A DNA stretch of 64,000 nucleotides from Victivallales bacterium (lineage in GTDB: Bacteria; Verrucomicrobiota; Lentisphaeria; Victivallales; UBA1829), in contig JAEEQN010000002.1 of assembly GCA_016285345.1 (NCBI GenBank), positions 18,290 through 82,289 of the forward strand. The letters run 5' to 3'. A program made the position numbers and the translations under genes. Of the stretch, positions 46,362 through 53,874 are shown one piece after another. The notes below the pieces were generated by a model that did not search any database, was not told the DNA's origin, and saw nothing but the letters and a program-made list of their open reading frames with translations. Within the stretch, counting starts at the first letter, position 1, and every line of letters starts with the position of its first letter.

Positions 46362-47153
46362 ATGGAACGCACAATTGAAACTGTCCGCGAGGCACCGCAC
46401 TGGTCGTACAGCTCGTTGCAGCTTTTTTTGAACTGCCCCTTGCGTTACTACTTCCGGTACGTTGAAAAAGCTGAGGTGGAAAGGACAAGTGTAAGCCTGC
46501 CGTTCGGGCGGGCTTTCCACGCCGTCTTGAGCCTTCGCGCGGAGAAAGGCTCGGTTTACAGCGCCGAGGACGCGAAAGAAGACTTTGCCGTGTACTTCCG
46601 AGGCGAAACCGAGGTCAGCGAGAACCTGACGTACAAGCAGGATGAGGACTATTGGTTCTGGGAACAGCGCGGATGCGACATGCTGGAGGTCGCTTTTGCA
46701 GAATGGCCGGACGATTATTCGGTCAAATCTGTGGCGGAGGCGTTCAGCGTGGACGTTCCAGGACTGAGCAAGCCTCTCATCGGCGAGTTCGATCTCGTCG
46801 TTAATGACGGCGGGGACGAAACGATCTGCGATTTTAAAACGGCGTCGACGAAGTGGCCGACCGGGAAAGCTGACAGAGATCTGCAGGCGACTGCCTTCTC
46901 ATTCGCATATCAGAAGCGCCACGGCAAAATCCCGATCTTCCGCTTCGACGTCTTCACGAAGGCGAAGAATCCGGTTCACCAGCAACTCTACACGCTCAGG
47001 ACGAACGATGATTTCGACCGTTTCGTCTACCTCGCCAACAAAATTGAGGCGGCAGTGAACACCGGCATCTTCCTCCCGGTAGAATCGTGCATGAACTGTG
47101 CTGAATGCGCCTACGGGGACCGCTGCAAAGCGGTCCACAGAAAGGCGGCGTAA
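46362..47153 (+). CDS. PD-(D/E)XK nuclease of the Cas4/RecB(AddB) type with a Fe-S cysteine cluster
   Basis: N-terminal FLNCPLRYYF, FDLVV...ICDFKT (D..(D/E)xK core) and C-terminal CMNCAECAYGDRC. Start taken at ATG 46362, 1 nt after the upstream stop. Confidence 0.7.
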   Translation: MERTIETVREAPHWSYSSLQLFLNCPLRYYFRYVEKAEVERTSVSLPFGRAFHAVLSLRAEKGSVYSAEDAKEDFAVYFRGETEVSENLTYKQDEDYWFWEQRGCDMLEVAFAEWPDDYSVKSVAEAFSVDVPGLSKPLIGEFDLVVNDGGDETICDFKTASTKWPTGKADRDLQATAFSFAYQKRHGKIPIFRFDVFTKAKNPVHQQLYTLRTNDDFDRFVYLANKIEAAVNTGIFLPVESCMNCAECAYGDRCKAVHRKAA

Positions 47154-47154
47154 C

Positions 47155-47883
47155 ATGGGACTGATTATGCAGGAAGGCAAATACGTCAGCCGTGATGAAG
47201 TCGCGTGTATCGACACCCCAAGTTCGACTGAAACATGGAGACCTGTGCCGCACATTGATGTCATCGAGGCCGTAACCGAAGTTGTCAAGGCTCACCGCTG
47301 GGATATTGCGGACGAACGGTTCGGCCTCGCCAGCGAAGGACAGAAGATGTTCGGCGTCATGGAAATCTCCCGTTCATCTTCGCCTCAATGGCATCGCTGT
47401 ATCGGCATCCGCAACAGCCACGACAAAACCCTTGCCGTTGGACTGTCTGCCGGAATCGTCGTTCTTGTCTGCTCCAACCTCGCTTTCGGCGGAACCACCG
47501 TCATCAAGCGCAAGCACACCAGCCGGTTTGAACTGACCGATCTGATCGACCGTGCCGTGGCATCGCTGGAGGACGACTTCCTGATGACCGAAACCGTGTG
47601 CGAGGACCTGAAGGACATCCACCTCAAAAACGATGACGAAGCCCGGAGTAGCATTGTGCGTGCTGCCGAGCTCGGCGTCATCAATTCCTGTGACATTCTT
47701 CCGGTCTACCGTGAATTCAAGTCCCCGTCACATGCCGAGTTCAAGGAGCCAACACGATGGAGCCTGTTGAATGCATTTACGGAAACCGTGAAGAAGTACA
47801 CGCCTCAGCGTGTGGACCACAGCTATCTCGCCCTGAACCGGGCGTTCGGGCTGGACGGTCGCCCTGCCGCCATCTTCACCTGA
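47155..47883 (+). CDS. DUF932-family protein (phage/plasmid-associated)
   Basis: IGIRNSHDKTLAVGLSAGIVVLVCSNLAF and the overall length resemble DUF932/TIGR03299 proteins. Start at ATG 47155, just after the upstream TAA. Confidence 0.6.
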   Translation: MGLIMQEGKYVSRDEVACIDTPSSTETWRPVPHIDVIEAVTEVVKAHRWDIADERFGLASEGQKMFGVMEISRSSSPQWHRCIGIRNSHDKTLAVGLSAGIVVLVCSNLAFGGTTVIKRKHTSRFELTDLIDRAVASLEDDFLMTETVCEDLKDIHLKNDDEARSSIVRAAELGVINSCDILPVYREFKSPSHAEFKEPTRWSLLNAFTETVKKYTPQRVDHSYLALNRAFGLDGRPAAIFT

Positions 47884-47910
47884 CGGCGAGAACGAGCAAC
47901 CCGGCATGGT

Positions 47911-47951
47911 CGGAGGTCGAAGGAGTGCAAGCCTTCCCTCCGGTTTTTTTT
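47911..47951 (+). terminator. Strong rho-independent terminator ending the clamp/nuclease/DUF932 operon
   Basis: CGGAGG+GAAGG (47911-47923) pair with CCTTC+CCTCCG (47932-47942), followed by eight T. Confidence 0.75.
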
Positions 47952-48014
47952 ATATTGAGGTTGCGCGAGCTGTCAAATCGACAAAAAAAGTTTCAGAAAA
48001 AATCGTTGTTTCGC

Positions 48015-48043
48015 TTGATTTCTCCTGTCGACGATGTTAAATT
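48015..48043 (+). promoter_or_regulatory. Candidate sigma70 promoter with an extended -10
   Basis: TTGATT (48015-48020), 17 nt spacer, TGtTAAATT (48035-48043). It lies between a terminator and a 0.7 kb non-coding stretch. Confidence 0.5.
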
Positions 48044-48049
48044 ATTTCT

Positions 48050-48760
48050 CGGCTGAAACAAGAGCGGCATCCCCGTTACCACCAACATCGGGGCGAAGCG
48101 CTCCAGACAGCCACCACACATCGTGATCTAACGGCGGACACCAGACTGAACCAAGGGTCGGACGCACCGAACCTCCAGCAGTGATCGGGCGGGAACATCC
48201 TCTCAGCCGGGCAAACAGAACGCTTGGATCGCGGTCACAGACTACAGCACATAGGTGAACGTTCAGCGCCTGCACTCGCAGCCCAAGAACGTCAGCTGTT
48301 CCCCAGAAGGCATCGGACCAAACCTATACGGTCGGCGATGCGAACAGCGCATAGGCGATGTCAAAACCGGCCAAAGCGGTCAAGACATCGGGCTGTCCCC
48401 AGATAGCATCGGGCCACCTATTCGGCCGAAATGCTATACCTCCCCAACACGACGTACCAATGACCGCCACTGCGGCGAGTCAGCGGGCGCGTACTGTTGT
48501 CCACGGCAGCAAACGACCCCAAAGGCCGGATGCCAACCGTCCAGAGCGAAGCATTGGACCACCAATGGTCTCAGATGCTTGGGAACAGCAGGGCCCGGAA
48601 ACATCCCGGAGCGAACTCAGGCCAGAAGCCTGAGCAAGGTTCGGAGTGCAACCGGGGCAACAACGGGCACAGGCCGAAAGGTCTGGGCAAAGCACTCGGT
48701 GAAGACCTCGCAGAAGCGGAATCGGCATCGGGAACAAACCTATGAAACAGGAGTCTTACA
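48050..48760 (+). ncRNA. Candidate large structured non-coding RNA / long 5' leader of the Xis-like gene
   Basis: About 710 nt with no plausible ORF. The + strand is T-poor. Local hairpins are dense: CATTGG-ACCA-CCAATG at 48552-48567, CTCAGGC-CAGAA-GCCTGAG at 48616-48634, AGGCC-GAAA-GGTCT at 48671-48684. A duplicated hairpin module lies at 48310-48341 and 48405-48435. Confidence 0.3.
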
Positions 48761-49105
48761 ATGAGCAACATGCTCGAACATACGCCCCAAAACGGGGAGA
48801 CAACGGACGGCCTCAAATCGGTCGTTCCGCAGAACGTACTGGATATCATCCGGTGCGCCATCTCGCCGTACCCCGTCCCTTGGAGCAGAATCCGTAATGC
48901 TATCTTATCAGAAGAGGACGGCAATTCAAAGTCTATTCTGCCAGATGATCTCATGGACACCGCAGAGGCCATTAAGGCTCTGAAAATCTCGCGTGTCACA
49001 CTTCATCGTCGTGTGCGGGAAGGAACCATCCCCGTACACAAATTAGGACGCAGAAATCTCTATTCTCTGAAGGAGATAAGGGAAGTCCTGCAGGTGGAGA
49101 ACTAA
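48761..49105 (+). CDS. Excisionase/AlpA-family helix-turn-helix DNA-binding protein
   Basis: LMDTAEAIKALKISRVTLHRRVREGTIPVHKLGRRNLYSLKEIREVL matches the excisionase-family HTH pattern. AGGAG RBS at 48750-48754. Confidence 0.7.
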   Translation: MSNMLEHTPQNGETTDGLKSVVPQNVLDIIRCAISPYPVPWSRIRNAILSEEDGNSKSILPDDLMDTAEAIKALKISRVTLHRRVREGTIPVHKLGRRNLYSLKEIREVLQVEN

Positions 49106-49407
49106 CGACCATCATAGATCATCCCACAAGACCACGACAGGTCCCGCGATCTCGTGACAAATCGCTGGTAGGCAGCAAACCATGGTAGGCTCCTTCACTC
49201 CTGGCGAGCTGTCTCCGGTGAGCGTCCGGCTCTGCTAACTGAAAGCCCATTGCCGCTACATCGGCTCACACAGGCGAACAGCCCAGCGAACCCGACGATG
49301 CGTCACAACAAGGTCTCGACTTATGATCTACACGGCAGCCACCCCAACTGTCTCTGTGAGAATCGTTCCTGTCTGGCAAAGGACAACGAACACCGTCTGA
49401 AAATAAC

Positions 49408-51029
49408 ATGCAAAACAAAACAACCAATATCCATGCGCCGAGGGACAACTCCCACGGTGCGAACACCCCTGGCTCAGACCAGTCTTCGGACACCGAGAAT
49501 CGTACCAAGCTCTCGCGAGAAGTCCAGACCGACCGGATCAAGCAATTTCCCGAAGAATCGGGAATTGATACGGAACGGTGTAACAATCGCGTTGAGAATG
49601 ACACGACCGCTTCGGCGTACGACTGGCTGCCCAAGCCGATCAAATACAACTCCAAAACGCGCGAGGACCAGACCGACAGGTGTATTCTCCGCAATGGGAA
49701 ACAGGGAAGTGCGCCTGAAACACTGCCGAAGAAAGAGAGCGTGAAAACGGCAGCCAAGCACAACCCGCAAATCGGACAGCAGAATACCAGACAGACTGAC
49801 TCCTTCTGGACCGGTGGTTCTGAACGCTCCGGCAGTTCATCAAAGCAGAAACACAAACAGCGGTACTATGATCCGCTAATCGGAAATCATGTCATCCCGA
49901 TCATCTGGAATCATGACCTCCTGGAACGAATCGCGGACAGGGACAATCTCCTACAAGCAATCGCCTTCTTAGCCCGTCACAAGGAGAAAACTCCTGGTCC
50001 GGACCACAAGAGCGTGGAGGAGACCTGCATCATGCTTTCCGATCCGGAGAACCTGGAACGCCTTCGGCAACAGCTTCTTCAGGAAACATACCGACCCGGT
50101 AATGTCCAATCAACACAAATCCCCAAATCCAACGGAAAGACGCGGCCCTTAAAGATCGCGACTGTGATGGATCGCTGCGTACAGCGTGCAATCCTACAGC
50201 AGGTAATCACGAACCTACCGAAGAATCCGTGGTGCCCCTACTCCTTTGCATACCACCACGGGCAAAACACGACCGACGCAATCGAAGAAGTCAACAGGAT
50301 CCGGGAAGAGGGATACAAGTACGCTATCGAACTGGACCTCGAGTCCTTCTTCGACAATGTACGGCATACCAGACTCCTGAAGAAACTCCGTAGACATATC
50401 GCCGATAAGAGGGTAGTCCGAATGATCTCTCACATCATATCGGCCCTTATCATCAATAATCACGGGGAGCTGACGAAAAACCGCAAAGGCACACCGCAAG
50501 GCTTCGCGATTTCCTCATGGCTCGCAGCAGACCTATACCTGGATGAAATGGATCAGGAAATGACACGGCGCAACCTGCGCTTCGTCCGTTTCGCTGACGA
50601 CATTACTATATTCACCCGCTCGAAGAAGTCGGCCAAGCGTGTCAAGGCCAGAATCATCGAGTTCACTGAAAACGTAATGGAATGTCCGGTCAACAAGAAG
50701 AAAACCAGAATCGTCACCATTGAGAACGTCTCCCCTCCCTCTTGGGAGTCGAACTCAGGGATGGCCACTGGAGAATCCTTCGCGAAAAGGTCCGCAACCA
50801 CTGCGGCGAATACATGAAGGACATAGCCAAGTATAAGAAAACGAAGAATGACTACTACATCCGCAAGGCAGCCCAGAGCATGCAGGGATTCATCGGCGGT
50901 TACACCAGGATTCCTGACATCTGCCTGAGACAAATTCGGGCACTGAGATGCTGGTGCATGAACAGGTGGTGGGCCACGGGTGAACGCAAGCTGTTCTTCG
51001 CCCAGAAACGCTGGATGGTGCCAGACTAA
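49408..51029 (+). pseudogene. Group-II-intron-type reverse transcriptase (RT plus thumb/X, no endonuclease domain), interrupted by a frameshift near 50735
   Basis: RT0 LLERIADRDNLLQA; RT2 IPKSNGKTRPLKIATVMDRCVQRA; RT4 LDLESFFDNVRH; RT5 GTPQGFAISSWLAADLYL; FADD; KTRIV. The thumb continues in the -1 frame (50742-51029: LGVELRDGHWRI...MQGFIGGY). The first roughly 165 codons are low-complexity and probably not genuine protein. Confidence 0.75.
49457..51029 (+). mobile_element. Group II intron-like retroelement remnant: 5' GUGCG, domain-I-like RNA and an intron-encoded RT; no domain V/VI recognised
   Basis: GTGCG at 49457-49461. GATACGGAAC (49567), GCGTTGAG (49589) and GTACGACTG (49617) occur in the same order and roughly the same spacing as GAUACGGGAAC/GCGAUGAG/GUACGACUG in Ll.LtrB domain I, as I recall that sequence. 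Confidence 0.4.
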
Positions 51030-51091
51030 CCACGGGACGCAAACGCTACTCTGCAAAGATGAACTGAATTACCGCTCTATTAACTGAGCCT

Positions 51092-51135
51092 GAGCAGCGC
51101 TTCAGGTGTGAATGACCTGGAGTGCTGCTCTTTTT
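51092..51135 (+). terminator. Strong rho-independent terminator after the RT
   Basis: GAGCAGCGCTTCAGG (51092-51106) pairs over 15 bp (two G-U) with CCTGGAGTGCTGCTC (51116-51130), followed by TTTTT. Confidence 0.75.
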
Positions 51136-51219
51136 GATTTCGCTGACGGCACTCGTCTTTGGCTTCCGAAGAACAATTAACCTCAACCCAAGCAACCGAA
51201 ATGCCGTTTTTAACCTCAG

Positions 51220-51243
51220 ATCGTGGCAAAATCGTGGAAAAGG
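51220..51243 (-). repeat. Inverted copies of the arm-type motif (ATCGTGGCAAAATCGTGGAAAAGG)
   Basis: The reverse complement reads CCTTTTCCACGATTTTGCCACGAT, related to the direct copies at 51405-51444 and 37792-37813. Confidence 0.5.
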
Positions 51244-51404
51244 TCCCCATTTCCACAATTGTCGTGGCGAATGATCGCTGCTGTTTTCAGCACGATGGGA
51301 CGTACCAGACAGGAACCGGAGGCATATCGCGGAAGGCTCGGTTTTCCACGGACATACATGAATGCTTGAGCAGGAAGGGCGAAAAATCTGAGCTCAAAAG
51401 CCTG

Positions 51405-51444
51405 CCACGATTTTTCCACGATTTTTCCACGATTTGTGTCACGA
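51405..51444 (+). repeat. Three tandem arm-type motifs (CCACGATTTTT x2, CCACGATTTGTGTCACGA) next to the right att
   Basis: ccacgatttttccacgatttttccacgatttgtgtcacga lies 54 nt from the direct repeat. Confidence 0.55.
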
Positions 51445-51497
51445 AACATAAAAAAACACCATGTTTCACGATGTATGAAAAATGGTGATTTAAGCTC

Positions 51498-51553
51498 AAA
51501 AAGTGGTGCACCCGGCGGGGCTCGAACCCACCACCTACTGCTCCGGAGGCAGT
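51498..51553 (-). repeat. att direct repeat, right copy (inside the intact tRNA-Arg)
   Basis: Identical to 37696-37751. Confidence 0.9.
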
Positions 51554-51580
51554 CGCTCTATCCAAATGAGCTACGGGTGC
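51504..51580 (-). tRNA. tRNA-Arg (anticodon CCG)
   Basis: The reverse complement folds as a 77-nt cloverleaf: GCACCCG/TA/GCTC-ATTTGGATA-GAGC/G/ACTGC-CTCCGGA-GCAGT/AGGTG/GTGGG-TTCGAGC-CCCGC/CGGGTGC/A/CCA. Anticodon loop C-U-CCG-G-A. CCA is encoded. Confidence 0.9.
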
Positions 51581-51675
51581 ACTGCATAACGCAGTCAAAT
51601 AATATAGCGCAAAGTCAAAAAAAAGCAAATCCTCGTCTCGAAAAAGCAGGAAAAACGTTGAGGAAGGGGGGCGGA

Positions 51676-53874
51676 TCAGAAGATGTTCGGGGCTGTGACG
51701 GTTGCAGTGACGTCGATCTTTTCGATGTAGTACCAGTCCTGGCTGGGGAGGTAGTTCACGCAATAGATGATACGGCGGCCGTTCTCGATGCGCGAGATCG
51801 TGCCGTATTTGGTCTCGGTGAACTGTTCGAAGAGGCCGGCGTCGTCGAAGCTGATGGTCAGGGAGTCTTCCTTGTTCGTTTCCGTGGCTCCGGCGAACCG
51901 GGCTCCGGTGGAGACCAGGATCAGCCCTTTGTTGTCCAGCAGGGTCTTTTCCAGGACGTTGTTCCCGACGTTGCCGTTCGTCTTCAGGTCGTGAATGATC
52001 GTGTTCAGGTGCAGGTCGAATCCGGCGACGCCGAGGAAATTGCCGGCGGTATCCAGCATGGGGACGTTGCAGGAGAGCAGATAGCCCGCGGCGGCGGTAT
52101 TGCCGGGGTAGGGTTTGCTCCAGGCGAATTCGCCGCTGCTGGACTGGGCGGTCTTGTACCAGTGGCGGCTGCGCGGATCGTAGCTTGATGCATAGACGCC
52201 GCTGCCGGGGTACACGACGTACTGGCCGTCGGGGAATCCGAAGAGCAGCAGATGAAGCGGGATGCCGTTGAGGCGGAGATATTCGTTCTTTTCGGCGTCG
52301 GAGGCGTCCGCGAGCTTTTCCGGCAGGCGTTCGCTGAAGACGCCCATGATCGTATCCTTCAGATGCGCCAGGATGTGCAGGCGGCGTTTCTCGACGGCGG
52401 TCAGTTCCTCTCCGTGGATGGTTTTGTGGGCGAAGTGCGAGAAATCGATCTTGCGGTGGTATACGGAGGAATACAGGAGCGAAGCGGGGGGATTGTTCGT
52501 GTCGCGGAGCGCGGAAACGGACATCATGCAGTCGGGGTTCGTTTCTCCGTCGTCCGGGTCGGTCTCGTAGAGGAAGACGAACTCCGAGGTGATGGACGAG
52601 AGGAACTGGGCGTTGCGCGCGATGTTCGTTTCGATGTAGTCGGCGCACGCGGTGGACTGGACCTGCGCGGTGGCGAGCTGCCGCGCGTATGCGTGAACCG
52701 CGTTAATCTGGCTGACGCGGCGGTAGGCTGTCACACCGATCGTGAGGAGCAGCATGAGGATGCAGACGACGGCGAACGCCAGCGAGGCGCGTTTGTGGTG
52801 GACGGCGAACGCGGAGATGCGCCCGAAAAGGTGATATGGGTTCGCGGAGGTCTCCTCGCCGCCCATGTAGCGGCGGATGTCGGCGCCCAGGTCGCGGACG
52901 TTCTGGTAGCGTTCGTCGCGGTTGTACGCGGTCGCCTTCGCGATGATCGCCTTCAGGTCGGGGTCGATCCTGAACCCGTATTTGTGGCGCGTTTCGGCGA
53001 TGCGGCCTTCGCGGATCATGGAGACGACCTCGGCGCTGGTGCGCGCCATGTAGGCTTCGCGGAGCGTGACGACCTCGAACAGAATGAGCCCGAGCGCGTA
53101 GATGTCCGCGCGCTGGTCGGTGTGTTCTCCCTGGATGGCTTCGGGCGACAGGAAACGCGGCGTGCCGGAGATCGTGCTTGGTTTTTCCCATGTGGCGGGG
53201 TCGTAACCGGGTTCTTCGATCTGGCGGGCGATGCCCCAGTCCATGATGTAGGTCTCGCGGAACTCGCCGATGAGGATGTTTTCCGGCTTGAGGTCGCAAT
53301 GCATGATGTTGCGGCTGTGGGCGTAGTCGAGGGCGTCGCATACGCGGAGCATGACCTCGAGGCGGAACATCAGGGACTTGCGTTCGTCGAACTGTCCGAT
53401 GCCGGCCTTGCGGTATTCGTAGTCGAGCTGGTCCAGATAGTCTTTCAGCGTCTTGCCGTCGACGAGCTTCATCACGAGGTGGAGCCCGTCCTTGTCGTCC
53501 GAGTTCAGCGAATAGATCGGGATGATCGCGGGGTGGCTGAGCTGGGCAGTGACGCGCGCCTCCTGGATGAACTGGCCGCGCGTGAACTGGTCCTCGGGCT
53601 GCGATTTGAGCGTCTTGATCGCCACGGGACGGCGGAGGTTCAGGTCGAGCCCCTCGCGGATGATGCCCTGTCCGCCTTCCGCGAAGACTTTGCCCTGCCG
53701 GTATTCCGCGTCGATGGGCTCCAGCTTGACGTCCAGCCGGTCGTCGAACCGGACGGTGGAGTGGTCCACGTGCGTGAACGTGACGGTGGTGTCCTGTTCG
53801 CGTCCGAGGTTCTTCAGCCCGACCCTGATCGAGGTTACGGTATGGACTTTGCCTGATGTCGCGCCCCGGCTCAT
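51676..53874 (-). CDS. Ser/Thr protein kinase (Hanks type) with a TM segment and a C-terminal extracytoplasmic Cache domain
   Basis: VAIKTLK (catalytic Lys), HCDLKPENILI, MDWGIA, GTPRFLSPEA. One TM (LAFAVVCILMLLLTIGVTAY). YDPRSRHWYKTA is the Cache hallmark. Confidence 0.85.
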   Translation of the reverse strand: MSRGATSGKVHTVTSIRVGLKNLGREQDTTVTFTHVDHSTVRFDDRLDVKLEPIDAEYRQGKVFAEGGQGIIREGLDLNLRRPVAIKTLKSQPEDQFTRGQFIQEARVTAQLSHPAIIPIYSLNSDDKDGLHLVMKLVDGKTLKDYLDQLDYEYRKAGIGQFDERKSLMFRLEVMLRVCDALDYAHSRNIMHCDLKPENILIGEFRETYIMDWGIARQIEEPGYDPATWEKPSTISGTPRFLSPEAIQGEHTDQRADIYALGLILFEVVTLREAYMARTSAEVVSMIREGRIAETRHKYGFRIDPDLKAIIAKATAYNRDERYQNVRDLGADIRRYMGGEETSANPYHLFGRISAFAVHHKRASLAFAVVCILMLLLTIGVTAYRRVSQINAVHAYARQLATAQVQSTACADYIETNIARNAQFLSSITSEFVFLYETDPDDGETNPDCMMSVSALRDTNNPPASLLYSSVYHRKIDFSHFAHKTIHGEELTAVEKRRLHILAHLKDTIMGVFSERLPEKLADASDAEKNEYLRLNGIPLHLLLFGFPDGQYVVYPGSGVYASSYDPRSRHWYKTAQSSSGEFAWSKPYPGNTAAAGYLLSCNVPMLDTAGNFLGVAGFDLHLNTIIHDLKTNGNVGNNVLEKTLLDNKGLILVSTGARFAGATETNKEDSLTISFDDAGLFEQFTETKYGTISRIENGRRIIYCVNYLPSQDWYYIEKIDVTATVTAPNIF

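Larger units (their letters stand above)
37696..51553. mobile_element. About 13.8 kb integrative island inserted in tRNA-Arg(CCG)
   Basis: A perfect 56-bp direct repeat spans the anticodon stem to the 3' end of the tRNA. A tyrosine integrase and an Xis-like HTH lie inside. Repeated arm-type motifs occur at both ends. Composition is mosaic. Confidence 0.8.

Noticed and set aside
48255-48764. A 169-aa GTG-initiated ORF, and antisense ORFs (48042-48275, 48480-48737, 48571-48999) inside the non-coding leader.
   Set aside because: The translations are low-complexity (Arg/Pro/Gly/Thr/Ser) and there is no RBS. Several frames are open at once because the strand is T-poor, which makes stop codons rare.
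51092-51130. The 15-bp hairpin after the RT as group II intron domain V.
   Set aside because: It is too long (39 nt versus 34). It has no 2-nt bulge, no GNRA tetraloop and no G-U at the AGC triad position, and it is followed by a T-run. It behaves as an intrinsic terminator.
49408-51135. The RT as part of a diversity-generating retroelement or a retron.
   Set aside because: RT motif 5 is group-II-like (PQG..ISS) rather than the DGR form (IGxxxSQ). I found no TR/VR repeat pair, Avd-like gene or C-type-lectin target in the window. There is no retron-style flanking inverted repeat with a conserved branching G, and an RT0/thumb is present, which retron RTs lack. A computational repeat search is still advisable.
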